Part shown: positions 24,121 to 35,272 of the stretch, piece after piece | Layout: the number at the start of each line of letters is the position of its first letter | How positions within the stretch are numbered: position 1 is the stretch's first letter | Assembly: GCF_001194135.2 (NCBI RefSeq) | Contig: NC_068987.1 | Span: forward strand, 35,969,657-36,012,155 | From: Octopus bimaculoides | Taxonomy: Eukaryota | Direction of reading: 5' to 3' | Length of the DNA stretch: 42,499 bases | Made by a program: the position numbers and the translations under genes | Notes under the pieces: model-generated | Databases searched by the model: none | Told to the model about the DNA's origin: nothing | What the model saw: the letters and a program-made list of their open reading frames with translations, nothing else

Positions 24121-24659
24121 GCTCTGAGTACATACCCAGCAACAGAACAGTAAACCATGGTAAAAATATACCAGAAGAATAGCAGTAGAAATATAGAACA
24201 CAAACATGATAAACGAGAATATATGCCTGCGTGTGTATACTTACATGTATGAATAATTGCCTGTGTTGAGGTTTTTTTCGAGGCCATAACTCAACCAATA
24301 TGTTTTAAGTGGCCTTTTATTTTTTCCAAACTTTCCCGACAGTTTTCTTTTCTTGACTTTTTCTCATAGATGAGCGTCTAACAGTTCTAGGTTGGCTTCT
24401 TTCTGTTCATCTTACAGTTCAAACACAATCATGTTCAATCTTCCGCACATCAGCAAGACAAACATCGAACACACAATGTTTAATCAACTTAACAGTGAGA
24501 AATAATAATAAATAAATAAATAAAAATCTACACGTTTCATTTTAAGCAGAGCGAAAAAAGCACATATGCTGGGTAATACAACTATGAAAACAAATAGCAG
24601 TGAATTTCGAACTGTGAGTCTCAGGAAATCACGATACGACAAAAGCATTAGCACACGGC

Positions 24660-25560
24660 CAGAGACGGTGTTCTGCCAAATGGTTATTTCTCCATTTGTT
24701 GCCTGAATTGGACTTGCAGTTCAGTTTCTTTCCATTTGGTTATTCTATTCTTTTCTCCTTTCTCTTTCTATGTAACATATTTTTTAAGACCCACAAGACA
24801 TTTCTATCCGTTATTATTCAATAGCGATCGAAAGGCGTTACCTTGTGGCATTTCTGTGTCATCAAACTTTGTCTTCCAGCCTCTCTTCAAAGTTAGTACT
24901 GTGCACTTATCTATGCCAAACTACATTCCCATTATTGAATGTTCTGTTTGAATTACAGAGTCCAGTCTTGTCTTATTTTTTGGCATCTATTTTGAGGTCA
25001 TCCACATCCGTAGATTGCTTTTTGTTCATCTGTCATGTCACCATTAGTTTTATTGTCTTCTTTTAGATCAGCTATATGTCTTTCATCAAGTAAACTGCTA
25101 CTGTTTCTTTCCTGTGTTATGAGATTACTTTATTAGTAAGAACTGTATTTTCATCGCTATCTCTGCTGCTATTTCCAAGACCCTTCTTTTCAAAGCTTCG
25201 AACTTTGCTTCTGTGAACCAAAGATTTTTTTCTTATTGCTCTAGCTTGATTACATAGTCCCTGTTCCGTGAGTTTGAGTTGAAACTATCCCTTTTCCCTC
25301 CAATGACCATATATACGTTGTCGGTAACCCCTAATTTGAGCACCATTTTCAACTAGCGGGTTGCTCAGCTAGTAACACTCCATGGCCACAGCATTAATTT
25401 GCTTGCTACATCTACACCGTGTGTGGTGGCCCCCTCTGGATATCGACAGACTGAAGCCGGACCAGAATCTCTGAGCCTGCCGGGTGGAACACTGTCACCG
25501 TCAATGGCACCAGTTTCATTACCAACGTTATTTGTGATATTTTGTTTATTCATTGTCACT
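24660..25560 (-). mobile_element. Internally deleted, old R4-clade element (ORF N-terminus, RT YxDD region and post-RT segment juxtaposed)
   Basis: Minus strand: GYRQRIYGHWREKG...TEQGLCNQARAIRKK (R4 N-terminal domain), then VDDLKIDAKK and M*FGIDKCTVLTLKRG...G*KCL (RT 5-7), then RITKWKETELQVQFRQ (cf. WxxKxLHGQF). Confidence 0.7.
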
Positions 25561-25851
25561 CATATGAGGTAGCAATTACTAGTGTTTTTTATTGTGATAC
25601 GATCACTAGATGTATCATTAATCAGAACATGGGGAGACTCCATCTGATCCTTTCATTATTGTTAATATTATCGTCACTGATATCACTGGTATTATTGTTT
25701 GGGCCTCAGATTCCTGTGCTATCAGAATACTAGTAGTTGTAGTAGTTGTAGAATTAGCAGCTGCAGTATATTATCATTTTTTAATTTTATCATTATCAGC
25801 ATCAACCCCACTACCACTGTTTTTATCATTATTACTATTTCCATTTAATAT

Positions 25852-25854
25852 TAC

Positions 25855-25946
<92 letters not shown>
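25852..25946. repeat. Compound (TAT)n(TAG)n microsatellite
   Basis: Direct reading. Confidence 0.95.
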
Positions 25947-26489
25947 TTATTGTTTTTATTATTTATCACTATTTCTTGTGTATGGCGGACTTATAAACCT
26001 TCGCAATGTGTAACTGTATAAATAATATATCTTTTTTAAATTAGTCATCGTTTCATCGAAGACAATTTTCTTTCGCTTCAATGGAATTTTTTACTTTATG
26101 TTTCATTCTTCAAAACGCGAGGCTATCGAAAATCTCATTCTTCTTGACTGCGGTGTTAAGTAACTATTCAGATTCTCATTCTCTGCAAGATAGTTGATGA
26201 CAACGGTCTCTAAATTCAGTCAGCAGCAACATATTCTTGCTCATGGCCTTATAAATATTTTCGAATTATATCTGTTTCATCTGCCATTCTGTGCTTCGGT
26301 TAAATGTTTTCCGTATTAATCATTTAGATAAAAATATGTCATTCTCAACAATTGAACTAGTTAAAAATTCATGAGAATTTTGTGTTTATAGTCCTAAGTA
26401 TAGTTATGTAGAAATGTGCTATTTCCAGTGCATGCCTATGTTTATTTTCCTCTCTGTCTCACAGTATAAATAAGTATATATACATACAT

Positions 26490-26870
26490 GTAAGCGTGAC
26501 TGTGTGGTAAAAAGCTTACTTCCCAACAACATGGATACGAGTTCAGTCCCACTGTGTCGCACCTTGAGAAAATGTCTACAATAACCTCAAGCCTTACAAA
26601 TACAGTATATTTGTGAGACGGAAACTGTAAGAAGCCCACAGGAAATCTTGGTGGTAGAAAATATTCACTATATTTACGAATGTGTGTGTTTGTGTCTGAG
26701 TTTATCCTCCAACCATCGCTTGACGACCTATGTTGGTGTGTTTACTGCAAAAGAGACCGATATAATAAGCACTACATTTAGAAAGGCCAAGTCCTAAGCT
26801 CAACTTCTCCGACTAAATTCTTTCAAGCTGTGTTCCAGCATGGCTGCAGTGAAATAGCTGAAACAAGTAA
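26490..26870 (+). mobile_element. tRNA-derived SINE, same family as 2681-3058, includes 3' tail
   Basis: tgactgtgtggtaa (A box) and gagttcagtccc (B box); central gcaccttgagaaaatgtct; 3' end ccagcatggctgcagtgaaatagctgaaacaagtaa. Confidence 0.8.
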
Positions 26871-27735
26871 TATATATATTAAAGAAGGAAAATTCACATA
26901 CTTTACATTGCTTTAATATACCTTTAAATTTATCTAAATACGTATTTTCTTAAACATTTTTGTCTATGTTGTGTGGAGTTTATGAAGGAATAATACAAGT
27001 AGAAAAGTCTCAGGGGAGGTAATTGGTTATCGTTATTATTGTGGATAGGGGAGTTAATTGTTCATCTCTCGGTGGGGCGGTGGGGATTTATATATATAAA
27101 CAATATATGAGTATATGCATATATATGTACATGTATGTATATACGTTCATCCACATGTACATATAGATACATAACTGGGTACATGACTTGGCAAAAGAAC
27201 AAGGACAAAAATGGTAAACAAGGTGCAACAAACAAGCAGGCCACATAGAAACATCCCCTTCATCAGCTGCCACCATTAAAACCCCGGCGTTTCGAAGAAT
27301 TAAGGCAGTACGCGTCGTTAAAATGGTTCTTCTCACGAACACAAATTAAATTGCTTTCGTGGAGGGTAGTGGCGGACGGAAAACAAGACAGGAAAACGAA
27401 ACGGTGAATAAACAAACAAAAAGGCTGTACAGCCAGACGTGAAGTGTGTATGTCTTGAACGCTGTGAAGCACGTACAGGAGGGGCAAAGAAGTACGTGCG
27501 AGCTTGGTGATTCCAAGAACGAAAAGAAATGGCAGCCGCACACACGTGACCAAGGCTGTATGAAGAGAAAGAGTAGCAGAGGGAAAAGGAGGGGAGGAAG
27601 TAGAATAAAAGTGAGCAACGAGAGGTAGAGAGAGAGAGAGAGAGATAGTAGGAGTAACGGTGAGAGGCGAAGGACGAGTAATAAATATGAGAGCATTGTA
27701 GTTCGTTTGAAGTATTGTGTATTGTTTGTAAAGAA

Positions 27736-27930
27736 TAAAAATTTTGAATGGTACAACAATGCACTATAGAACAAAATATTGACTATATACCTATTGTAAT
27801 TTGGTTATCCATAGTCCGATGATATTTGGGAATTACAATTCCTTCTTCAGATCTTCTTAGCTGGAGTCTCTGCTCGGTATATAGTCCATATTTCTTCTAT
27901 AGTGCATTGTTGTACCATTCTAAACTTTTT
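27736..27930. repeat. Short-spaced inverted repeat (about 65-bp arms) enclosing a mutated hammerhead core; probable Penelope-like relic
   Basis: gaatggtacaacaatgcactatagaa (27746-27771) is perfectly inverted at 27895-27920, with imperfect extensions. The spacer on minus reads CTGAAGA-a-ggaatt/aattcc-CAAA. Confidence 0.7.
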
Positions 27931-28009
27931 GTCCTATACATATATATATTTATATATGAGTGTGTGTGCATATGTGTATGCATATATGCATGTATGTATG
28001 TATGTATGC

Positions 28010-28046
<37 letters not shown>

Positions 28047-28205
28047 GAAGTATATTGCCACTTAAATGTGGCTGATCCCTAGGGGTGGATGTTACTGTTG
28101 CTTTTAGCCCCAGGAGGACATCTCCTCCAGCTGGCTTATCGGCACACTTCTGTGTCCTGTTTGTTTTGCCAAGGGAAGTTATCCCTCTCATCGTGATCTG
28201 TAGCA

Positions 28206-28250
28206 CGAACGGACCCGGGTTTCAGGGTTATTTCCCTTCGTCAGCGTCCG
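28206..28250 (-). ncRNA. Minimal type I hammerhead ribozyme (CUGACGA core)
   Basis: Minus strand: cggacg-CUGACGA-aggg(aaauaa)cccu-GAAA-cccggg-UC-cguucg. All core nucleotides are intact; stem I is 6 bp, stem II 4 bp, and stem III is palindromic. Confidence 0.9.
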
Positions 28251-28561
28251 ATAGCCACCGATCTGCGATGACAGAGATAAATTCTTGGCAATCTTATGTA
28301 CCTTTTTCCAGAAGTGTGTCGATAAGCCAGCTGGAGGAGAGGTCCTCCTGGAGCTAAAAGCAACAGTAACATCCACCCCTAGGTGTCAGCCACATTTAAG
28401 TGTCAATATACTTCACTTTATCGTGCAGTTACTGTTAATACCTAATTTAGAGAATTAACATTGCTTGTTTTCACTTTTTCGATATCAGTGAAGAATTTCA
28501 CTGGAAAAAGGTACATAAGATTGCCAAGAATTTATCTCTGTCATCGCAGATCGGTGGCTAT

Positions 28562-28606
28562 CGGACGCTGAGGAAGGGAAATAACCCTGAAACCCGGGTC
28601 CGTTCG
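28562..28606 (+). ncRNA. Minimal type I hammerhead ribozyme (CUGAGGA core), predicted cleavage after C28600
   Basis: cggacg(28562-67)-CTGAGGA(28568-74)-aggg aaataa ccct(28575-88)-GAAA(28589-92)-cccggg-TC(28599-600)-cgttcg(28601-06). Confidence 0.9.
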
Positions 28607-29035
28607 TGCTACAGATCACGATGAGAGGGATAACTTCCCTTGGCAAAACAAACAGGACACAGAAGTGTGTCGATAAGCCAGCTGGAGGAGATGTCCTCCT
28701 GGGGCTAAAAGCAACAGTAACATCCACCCCTACGGGTCAGCCACATTTAAGTGGCAATATACTTCACTTTATCGTGCAGTTACTGTTAATACCTAATTCA
28801 GAGAATTAACATTGCTTATATATATATAGTTATATATATATATATACCTATATACATATATAAGTGCCAAATGTCTAAATCCAATGGACCAGTCACTGGA
28901 TAAGTTTGGCACAGAAATGTTAACATAGAGTGGTGAATAAATCGATATATCGAGTTTGAAGTCTCTGTCTCTTTTGAATATGAAAATTTAAAAGTTTAAA
29001 AACCTTATAATATACATATATATATCTATATATAN

Positions 29036-29882
29036 NNNNNNNNNNNNNNNNNNNNNNNNNNNNNNNNNNNNNNNNNNNNNNNNNNNNNNNNNNNNNNNNN
29101 NNNNNNNNNNNNNNNNNNNNNNNNNNNNNNNNNNNNNNNNNNNNNNNNNNNNNNNNNNNNNNNNNNNNNNNNNNNNNNNNNNNNNNNNNNNNNNNNNNNN
29201 NNNNNNNNNNNNNNNNNNNNNNNNNNNNNNNNNNNNNNNNNNNNNNNNNNNNNNNNNNNNNNNNNNNNNNNNNNNNNNNNNNNNNNNNNNNNNNNNNNNN
29301 NNNNNNNNNNNNNNNNNNNNNNNNNNNNNNNNNNNNNNNNNNNNNNNNNNNNNNNNNNNNNNNNNNNNNNNNNNNNNNNNNNNNNNNNNNNNNNNNNNNN
29401 NNNNNNNNNNNNNNNNNNNNNNNNNNNNNNNNNNNNNNNNNNNNNNNNNNNNNNNNNNNNNNNNNNNNNNNNNNNNNNNNNNNNNNNNNNNNNNNNNNNN
29501 NNNNNNNNNNNNNNNNNNNNNNNNNNNNNNNNNNNNNNNNNNNNNNNNNNNNNNNNNNNNNNNNNNNNNNNNNNNNNNNNNNNNNNNNNNNNNNNNNNNN
29601 NNNNNNNNNNNNNNNNNNNNNNNNNNNNNNNNNNNNNNNNNNNNNNNNNNNNNNNNNNNNNNNNNNNNNNNNNNNNNNNNNNNNNNNNNNNNNNNNNNNN
29701 NNNNNNNNNNNNNNNNNNNNNNNNNNNNNNNNNNNNNNNNNNNNNNNNNNNNNNNNNNNNNNNNNNNNNNNNNNNNNNNNNNNNNNNNNNNNNNNNNNNN
29801 NNNNNNNNNNNNNNNNNNNNNNNNNNNNNNNNNNNNNNNNNNNNNNNNNNNNNNNNNNNNNNNNNNNNNNNNNNNNNNNNNN
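29036..29882. other. Largest assembly gap. Other N-runs near 1286, 4365, 6865, 11167, 12985, 14047, 19419, 38986 and 41462.
   Basis: Runs of N, most bordered by microsatellites. Confidence 0.99.
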
Positions 29883-29915
<33 letters not shown>

Positions 29916-29918
29916 CTA

Positions 29919-30312
29919 TCACTCGTCCACCTTCTTTTGTTTCCGTAGAATTTATCTAATTACAAAAAAATTTTGTGGGGCTGTGTATTTAAAAGTCTCT
30001 TAAGCCAGTACATACTATCTGCTTTCGTAGCGGTGGCGATGGCAATATCATGGTGATTAATTCCAACTTTGGATTACGCGCGGTGCTGGTGGTGGTGGTG
30101 GTCATTTTTGGTGCTGATTGGTGTATGTGATTTGTTTTTAAAAACAATAATGAATAATGCAAAAATGTATTAATTTATAAATTTTAAACTGAACATGGAA
30201 TGAAATATATTTATTTATAAACTTGAAACTGAACTTCATTTGTTTAAATTCTACGGAAACGCGTTTTCTAATTTGATAAATTCTACGGAAACAAACGAAG
30301 GTGGACAAGTGA
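29919..30312. mobile_element. MITE, about 394 bp, 49-bp imperfect TIRs, TA flanks
   Basis: tcactcgtccaccttcttttgtttccgtagaatttatctaattacaaaa (29919-29967) is inverted at 30264-30312 with about 4 mismatches. TA lies immediately outside both ends. Confidence 0.75.
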
Positions 30313-30313
30313 T

Positions 30314-30372
<59 letters not shown>

Positions 30373-32889
30373 GATACATAGAGAGATGCAGAGATAGATA
30401 GATAGACAGGCAGACAGACAGACAGACTGACAGACAGACAGACAGACATACTGACAGACAGACAGACAGATAGCTCGAGCTAGTCAGCAGCCAAAGAAAC
30501 AGATTTCAACTCAAACCATCAGTAACATTCTTTGTTTAGATTTTTGTACTTTCACTTTTGACAGCTAATACCATGACAGTACCCAATTTTGGTTAGACCG
30601 GATCTGACAAGGGGAAGGTTTTGTGAATATAAGCCTGAGGTCATTTACTTAGTTATAAATAAATAAGTAAATAAATATGTTCTTGCACCCGTGTATATAC
30701 ATTTAAGCAAAATCAATGCAATTAGAAGGGAAGTACTTTAAAGGAAAATTGTCAGGAAGAGTAGAGGAAGAGAAAATTTAGGAGTGGTTGTAAGATGAAA
30801 TTTGTTAGAAGAGAGGACGAAAGTGAGGGAGGTGGGACATAAGGTTTTTGGTCAATAGGGAACATAATAGTTCTCAGTAAATTAACAGTTGACATTAAAA
30901 CTATGATCACCTAGACGTGACCCTAACAATAGTCATCCCGACATCATTTCGATGTGACAAGAAGCATGGAAATACGACCAGAGATCCCGCATTTGTACCC
31001 GAGAAAACACAGTGGGTGCTTGTATATAGTTTATAGATGAAATGGTAATGTAGTCTACATAAAGAAGTATAAATCAAGGCGAATAAGTACTGGAAGTAAA
31101 AAATGTTAAATGGGAGAAATAAAACCAAATCCTTGAAAGAATCCCAGAATGAAATCCTAAACTTATTCTCTTTCTACCACTCAGTTTCTTTCCTTCATCG
31201 TCTCTCCTCCAATATCGATAGTGCTTTATGTAATTTCAATTTTAAGTGATCCTGAGGATTTCATTACCTTGCCTCTATCTCTTCACCTCTTATCTCCACT
31301 GTTAAGAGAGTAGGAAAGGAAAAAAAGAAGAGGAAATCGATCGTATATAGTTCCTAAATGTTTTACATGCACTGAACATAGACCAACTGGTTTCATGATT
31401 CCAAATTACGTTGTATCGATAAGCTGCAATATGAACAAAATAACGTTATCCACAGCTATTAGGACAGCCAAATTGAGAAATAAAGAAAATAAATGAATTC
31501 TATGGAAATATTATTTCATATGTAGTCTCAGGCATAAAACATAACCTCGCAAAATAATGATAAATCGAAAGAGAAAAAAAATTATGAGCCACAAGCGGTT
31601 TTCTCTCCTTGAAGGAAAATTCTCCCTCCCTTCTATATTTAGCAATCTCTGTTTCTCACCGTCTCTTCGAAAGCAACTGTAGATGGCTATTACAGTAGAA
31701 CTATACATACATATATTCGTGTGCACACACGTATTTTCTCTTTGCACCTCTAGTATTTATAGGTGGGAACGAGCGCATACGCGCCTGCATATTTTCATGT
31801 GCTGACAGGTAGTTGTAGCGATATCACGAGATTAAGAAAAATATATAAAGTTAGTTAGAAAATGTTTGCTAGAAATATATGGAAGAGCTGTAAGTGAGAA
31901 CGGAGGAACAGTTAGGGAATAATGCACTGGGGGTGTTACTTTTTGTACTTTGAGAATATAGTAAATAATCAACTTTTGCAGTTAAAAATTTGATGATTTC
32001 GTTCACAGATTGCATGTGTTGTTACATCCGTTATGGGGTATGGCACGGGTAACTATGGACCAGTTTAAATTATATAGAACTAAGTTTTTTAGGTTATGAA
32101 TTAGCCAAGATAAATAAATGCTGTTTGTTCTTGCTTGGGATTTGAAGCTAGAATAGTCGTTTCCTACTCTGACATTGAAACGGGGGTGACTACACGAGCC
32201 GATGTATACATAATTGAAATTCTCACTTGATACCGTGCATTTGTATACAATATTTTTGTATCTAATAACTAAAGGACAGGAACTGAGGCATCTACAATTG
32301 CATAGGTTTCTAGAAGGTACTAAATTAGAATTTACGGGGTTATGATTGTGTTACGTTAACTTGGTGTTATATTCATTATCCGCCACGGTGTTAGGATTGG
32401 TAATTTTAGGGCGGTGAGGGAAACGTCTAGCTTAAAATAGTTCTCTTGTGTAATGGCATTATTCCTATCATTGTCTATTTAAGTGGTGGATATAGCTGAG
32501 TCATAATGTTGGTTAAGTGTTTGGGGAAAAGTAAAAGAATTACGGTTGGTGGTGTGAGGGTCACTTTTAATAAGAAGGTTTATAGGTGTCCTAGGTCTAT
32601 GGGTGAGGAACTGGAGGTTAGGATAAGTTGTGTTAGTTTGATCAAAATTAACTAAATGCTGATTCCCAACTTTCTTATTTTTAGACGTCAGATTACACTA
32701 ACAATGTTAGCTGCGGTGGAGTAGAAGAATTTTATCGATTGGGGGTTGAAGATTTTTTCAAAGACAACTATACTAAGGGAAATGTTTTTCAATGAGAGCA
32801 AAGAAGAGTTTGGTTACTCTGATCTGAACATTAAGGGCAAAGGGGTAGAAATGGAACCCGACAACGTCGAGGGTCATAATCCGCTTATT

Positions 32890-33880
32890 CCGGCTTGGGA
32901 CACCTTAATAATACATATAAGCAAATTGATGTAAATGTATGCACACTATATCGTCCGCCGAATACCACAAAATATGATGGCAAATTTGAGGATAGACTTA
33001 AAGACTTTGAAGAAGTGTTACAAAACCTATACCAGAACATCAACATACTCTTTCTATGTGATTTCAACCTCCCACATGTTAAATTGCAAAAGGGTCACAT
33101 CCTTTATAGGATGCCACTGCATGAACAAAAGCACGTGGAGTCATTACTTGAACTTTCTAATATGGTGTTCATGTAGCAAATGATTTTCAAACCAACTAAG
33201 GGAGACAACATATTGGATCCCTGCTTCACAAAGAATATGGACCTTATCGATAATGTGAAGGTAACACCAACAGCACTTGCACTTCACAACATTGTTGAAC
33301 TAACTATGTATGGTCCTGACCGAACAGCTAGTGTCTACCCAATCAAGAGGACCTAAATCTTAGCCTACCTGAATTTCTATAAAATGGGTATCAATCCTCA
33401 AAGAGATCCACGAACGTAACTGGTCCAACATTCTATGTATGCAAGACATTGACTCGAAACTCAGTTAGTTTATGTTAACAGTGGAAGCTATATGGACTAA
33501 ATATAGCCCAGAAGCAAACGCCAGCAAACTGACAAACAACATTCCCACGGACAGAAACTGCTTATGAGACGCCTGTCAAAGATCTCAAAGCGGCTGAATA
33601 AGCAACTGAAGGTTAGGGAGAAATATATACACATACGGACACTCCTAAAAATCGAAAACAAGATCAACCTCTCTCACGAAAGGGAAAGAGCATTGAGAGA
33701 GAAGAGAGCTGTCGAAAGCATAGAAACAAATTTCCAAAAGAATCTGGCACAATACAATATAAAATAGGACCATTGTTCCAGTGGAATGACTCACTGACCG
33801 CAGCCGCGGGAAGGATAAGTGAGGTACTCAGTGAACAATTTAAAAGTGTCTTCCTCTCCCCCTTGGACATATCCAGATAA
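32890..33880 (+). mobile_element. CR1-group LINE ORF2 fragment: C-terminal half of the APE endonuclease plus linker, degenerate
   Basis: VCTLYRPP...ILFLCDFNLPHV...QMIFKPTKGDNILDPCFT...LHNIVEL (APE motifs YRPP, GDFN, PTR/NILD, SDH-like). Then IPTDR..RR...SHERERALREKRAVESIETN...IGPL...ISEVLSEQFKSVF. Confidence 0.88.
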
Positions 33881-33881
33881 T

Positions 33882-35175
33882 AAATCCGAGTTTGAATGTG
33901 ACAGTAATGCAAAGTGGTGTGATATCTTCATGGATGTACATAGCAATTCATTTGTCTGTACGAGATACAGAATACACTGGTATGTGTACTTCTGCATCTG
34001 TTACATTAGGGGTTAGATGCGTTTCAGTTAGTGCCATGCATATTGCTTGAATTCAGGTAGCAAGGCCTTTTAGATAGAGAATTTGACCTCTGTTGCTGAG
34101 GTTTAGCAGACCTACAGAACATTGAAATGTTCGGTAGAAATATGTCTCCAATATCTGAGTATGTGTCAGTGGTGGCCATCCTGGGCCTGTTACCTGAGGT
34201 GGTCTTGTGCATTGTAATGCATGGCTTTTAGTTTTAATTCTGTACATCCATGTCAGCCGCTGCACTTTCTTCTGGGTCATGTATAAAAAAAGACTATTGT
34301 TCGATAGTTACAGTTTGTACAGTATCTGCATATTGGCTTTTGTAGAGTGCAGATTGCATGCGCTAACCTCTTTCCCTACTATTTGCGATGCGTTTCTTCC
34401 TGTTGCCGCAGATCCATGTTTGATGATTCCCCTCTATGTTTTTGGTGGGTTTTTTTTTTTACAAGTAGTTATTCTGCTTGTTGTTCTAATAAGATTTTGG
34501 ATGGGCTCAGCTGCAGCCCTTTCCTCTTTCTCCATGCCGGTAGGTGCCATTTAAGTTAAATTTGCATACAGCCTGGGCTCTATGAGGTTCTGTAGTCCTT
34601 TTGCACGTTCGTTTAGCCTTTTGGCGCTTGGGTTTTAGTCTTTGTTCTTGTCTTTCCTGTTACCTTTGTATTTCAGACTATCAGTTTTCCTGGCTGTATC
34701 AGTTCTTGACTCCTCTGTTTTTCACCACAGTCCAGCTTTGACTGTTTTCATTGCAGCCGTTGGTGCTGTCAGTGGTGTTCGCAGTTTCTTTTTCAGTGCT
34801 GTGTTTGGGGCCAGTGATGTTTACACTTTCCTTTTTTGATACTGTCTGTTTTTTTTCTTTCATTGATTTCCACACAAGCAAGGTCATCAGTGAACACATT
34901 TGTTTCCTCCATTATGTTTTGTAGTTGGTCGACATGTGGCTTGAGAAGAGCATAGGAGCGTATGAATTCCTGTTTCTTTCGCACGATCTTTGCCATGGAC
35001 CAGTGGAAACCATAGCTCTTCAAGGCCGTCACTATTAGGTCGTTGGACAGAGAACCTTCACTCATGCTTCAACCTTGAAAAAAATACGACGGAGCTCATC
35101 CATCGACGCGTCTTTTGTATTTTGTGTGCATGAATCTGACTCTGTAAAAATCTTCAGTTGCTGGTGTCCATCTTG
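33882..35175 (-). mobile_element. CR1-group LINE 5' portion: 5' UTR, ORF1 (CCCH-like finger) and N-terminal half of APE, degenerate
   Basis: Minus strand: aaaatcaagatgg start; MSEGSLSNDLIVTALKSYG... ORF1; VCKFNLNGT(Y)RHGERGKGCS*AHPK; then MALTETHLTPNVTDAEVHIPVYSVSRTDK...LLSHSNS (APE TET motif). Confidence 0.8.
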
Positions 35176-35216
35176 ATTTTTCGCAGAATAAAAGGTGAGA
35201 AAGAGCGGAAATATTC

Positions 35217-35272
<56 letters not shown>

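Larger units (their letters stand above)
28041..28817. mobile_element. Non-coding Penelope-pLTR/retrozyme-like element: 351-bp unit in partial tandem (28310-28817) preceded by an inverted 270-bp copy (28041-28310), in a (TA)n site
   Basis: agaagtgtgtcgataag recurs at 28310 and 28661 (period 351). 28041-28310 is the reverse complement of about 28501-28771. Contains hammerheads and has TA repeats on both flanks. Confidence 0.88.

Noticed and set aside
27934-28809. Repeated short ORFs (MDVTVAFSP..., MLQITMRG...)
   Set aside because: They arise from the tandem/inverted duplication of a structured non-coding unit and have no protein motif.
28041-28817. CRISPR-like array
   Set aside because: The repeats are long (110-270 bp), partly inverted and lack unique spacers; the context is eukaryotic.
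32380-32640. Interstitial telomere (ttagg/ggtt-rich)
   Set aside because: Only scattered GGTT/TTAGG words, with no tandem telomeric array.
32890-35175. Twin-priming 5' inversion as the cause of the CR1 rearrangement
   Set aside because: Twin priming gives divergent pieces, whereas these converge.
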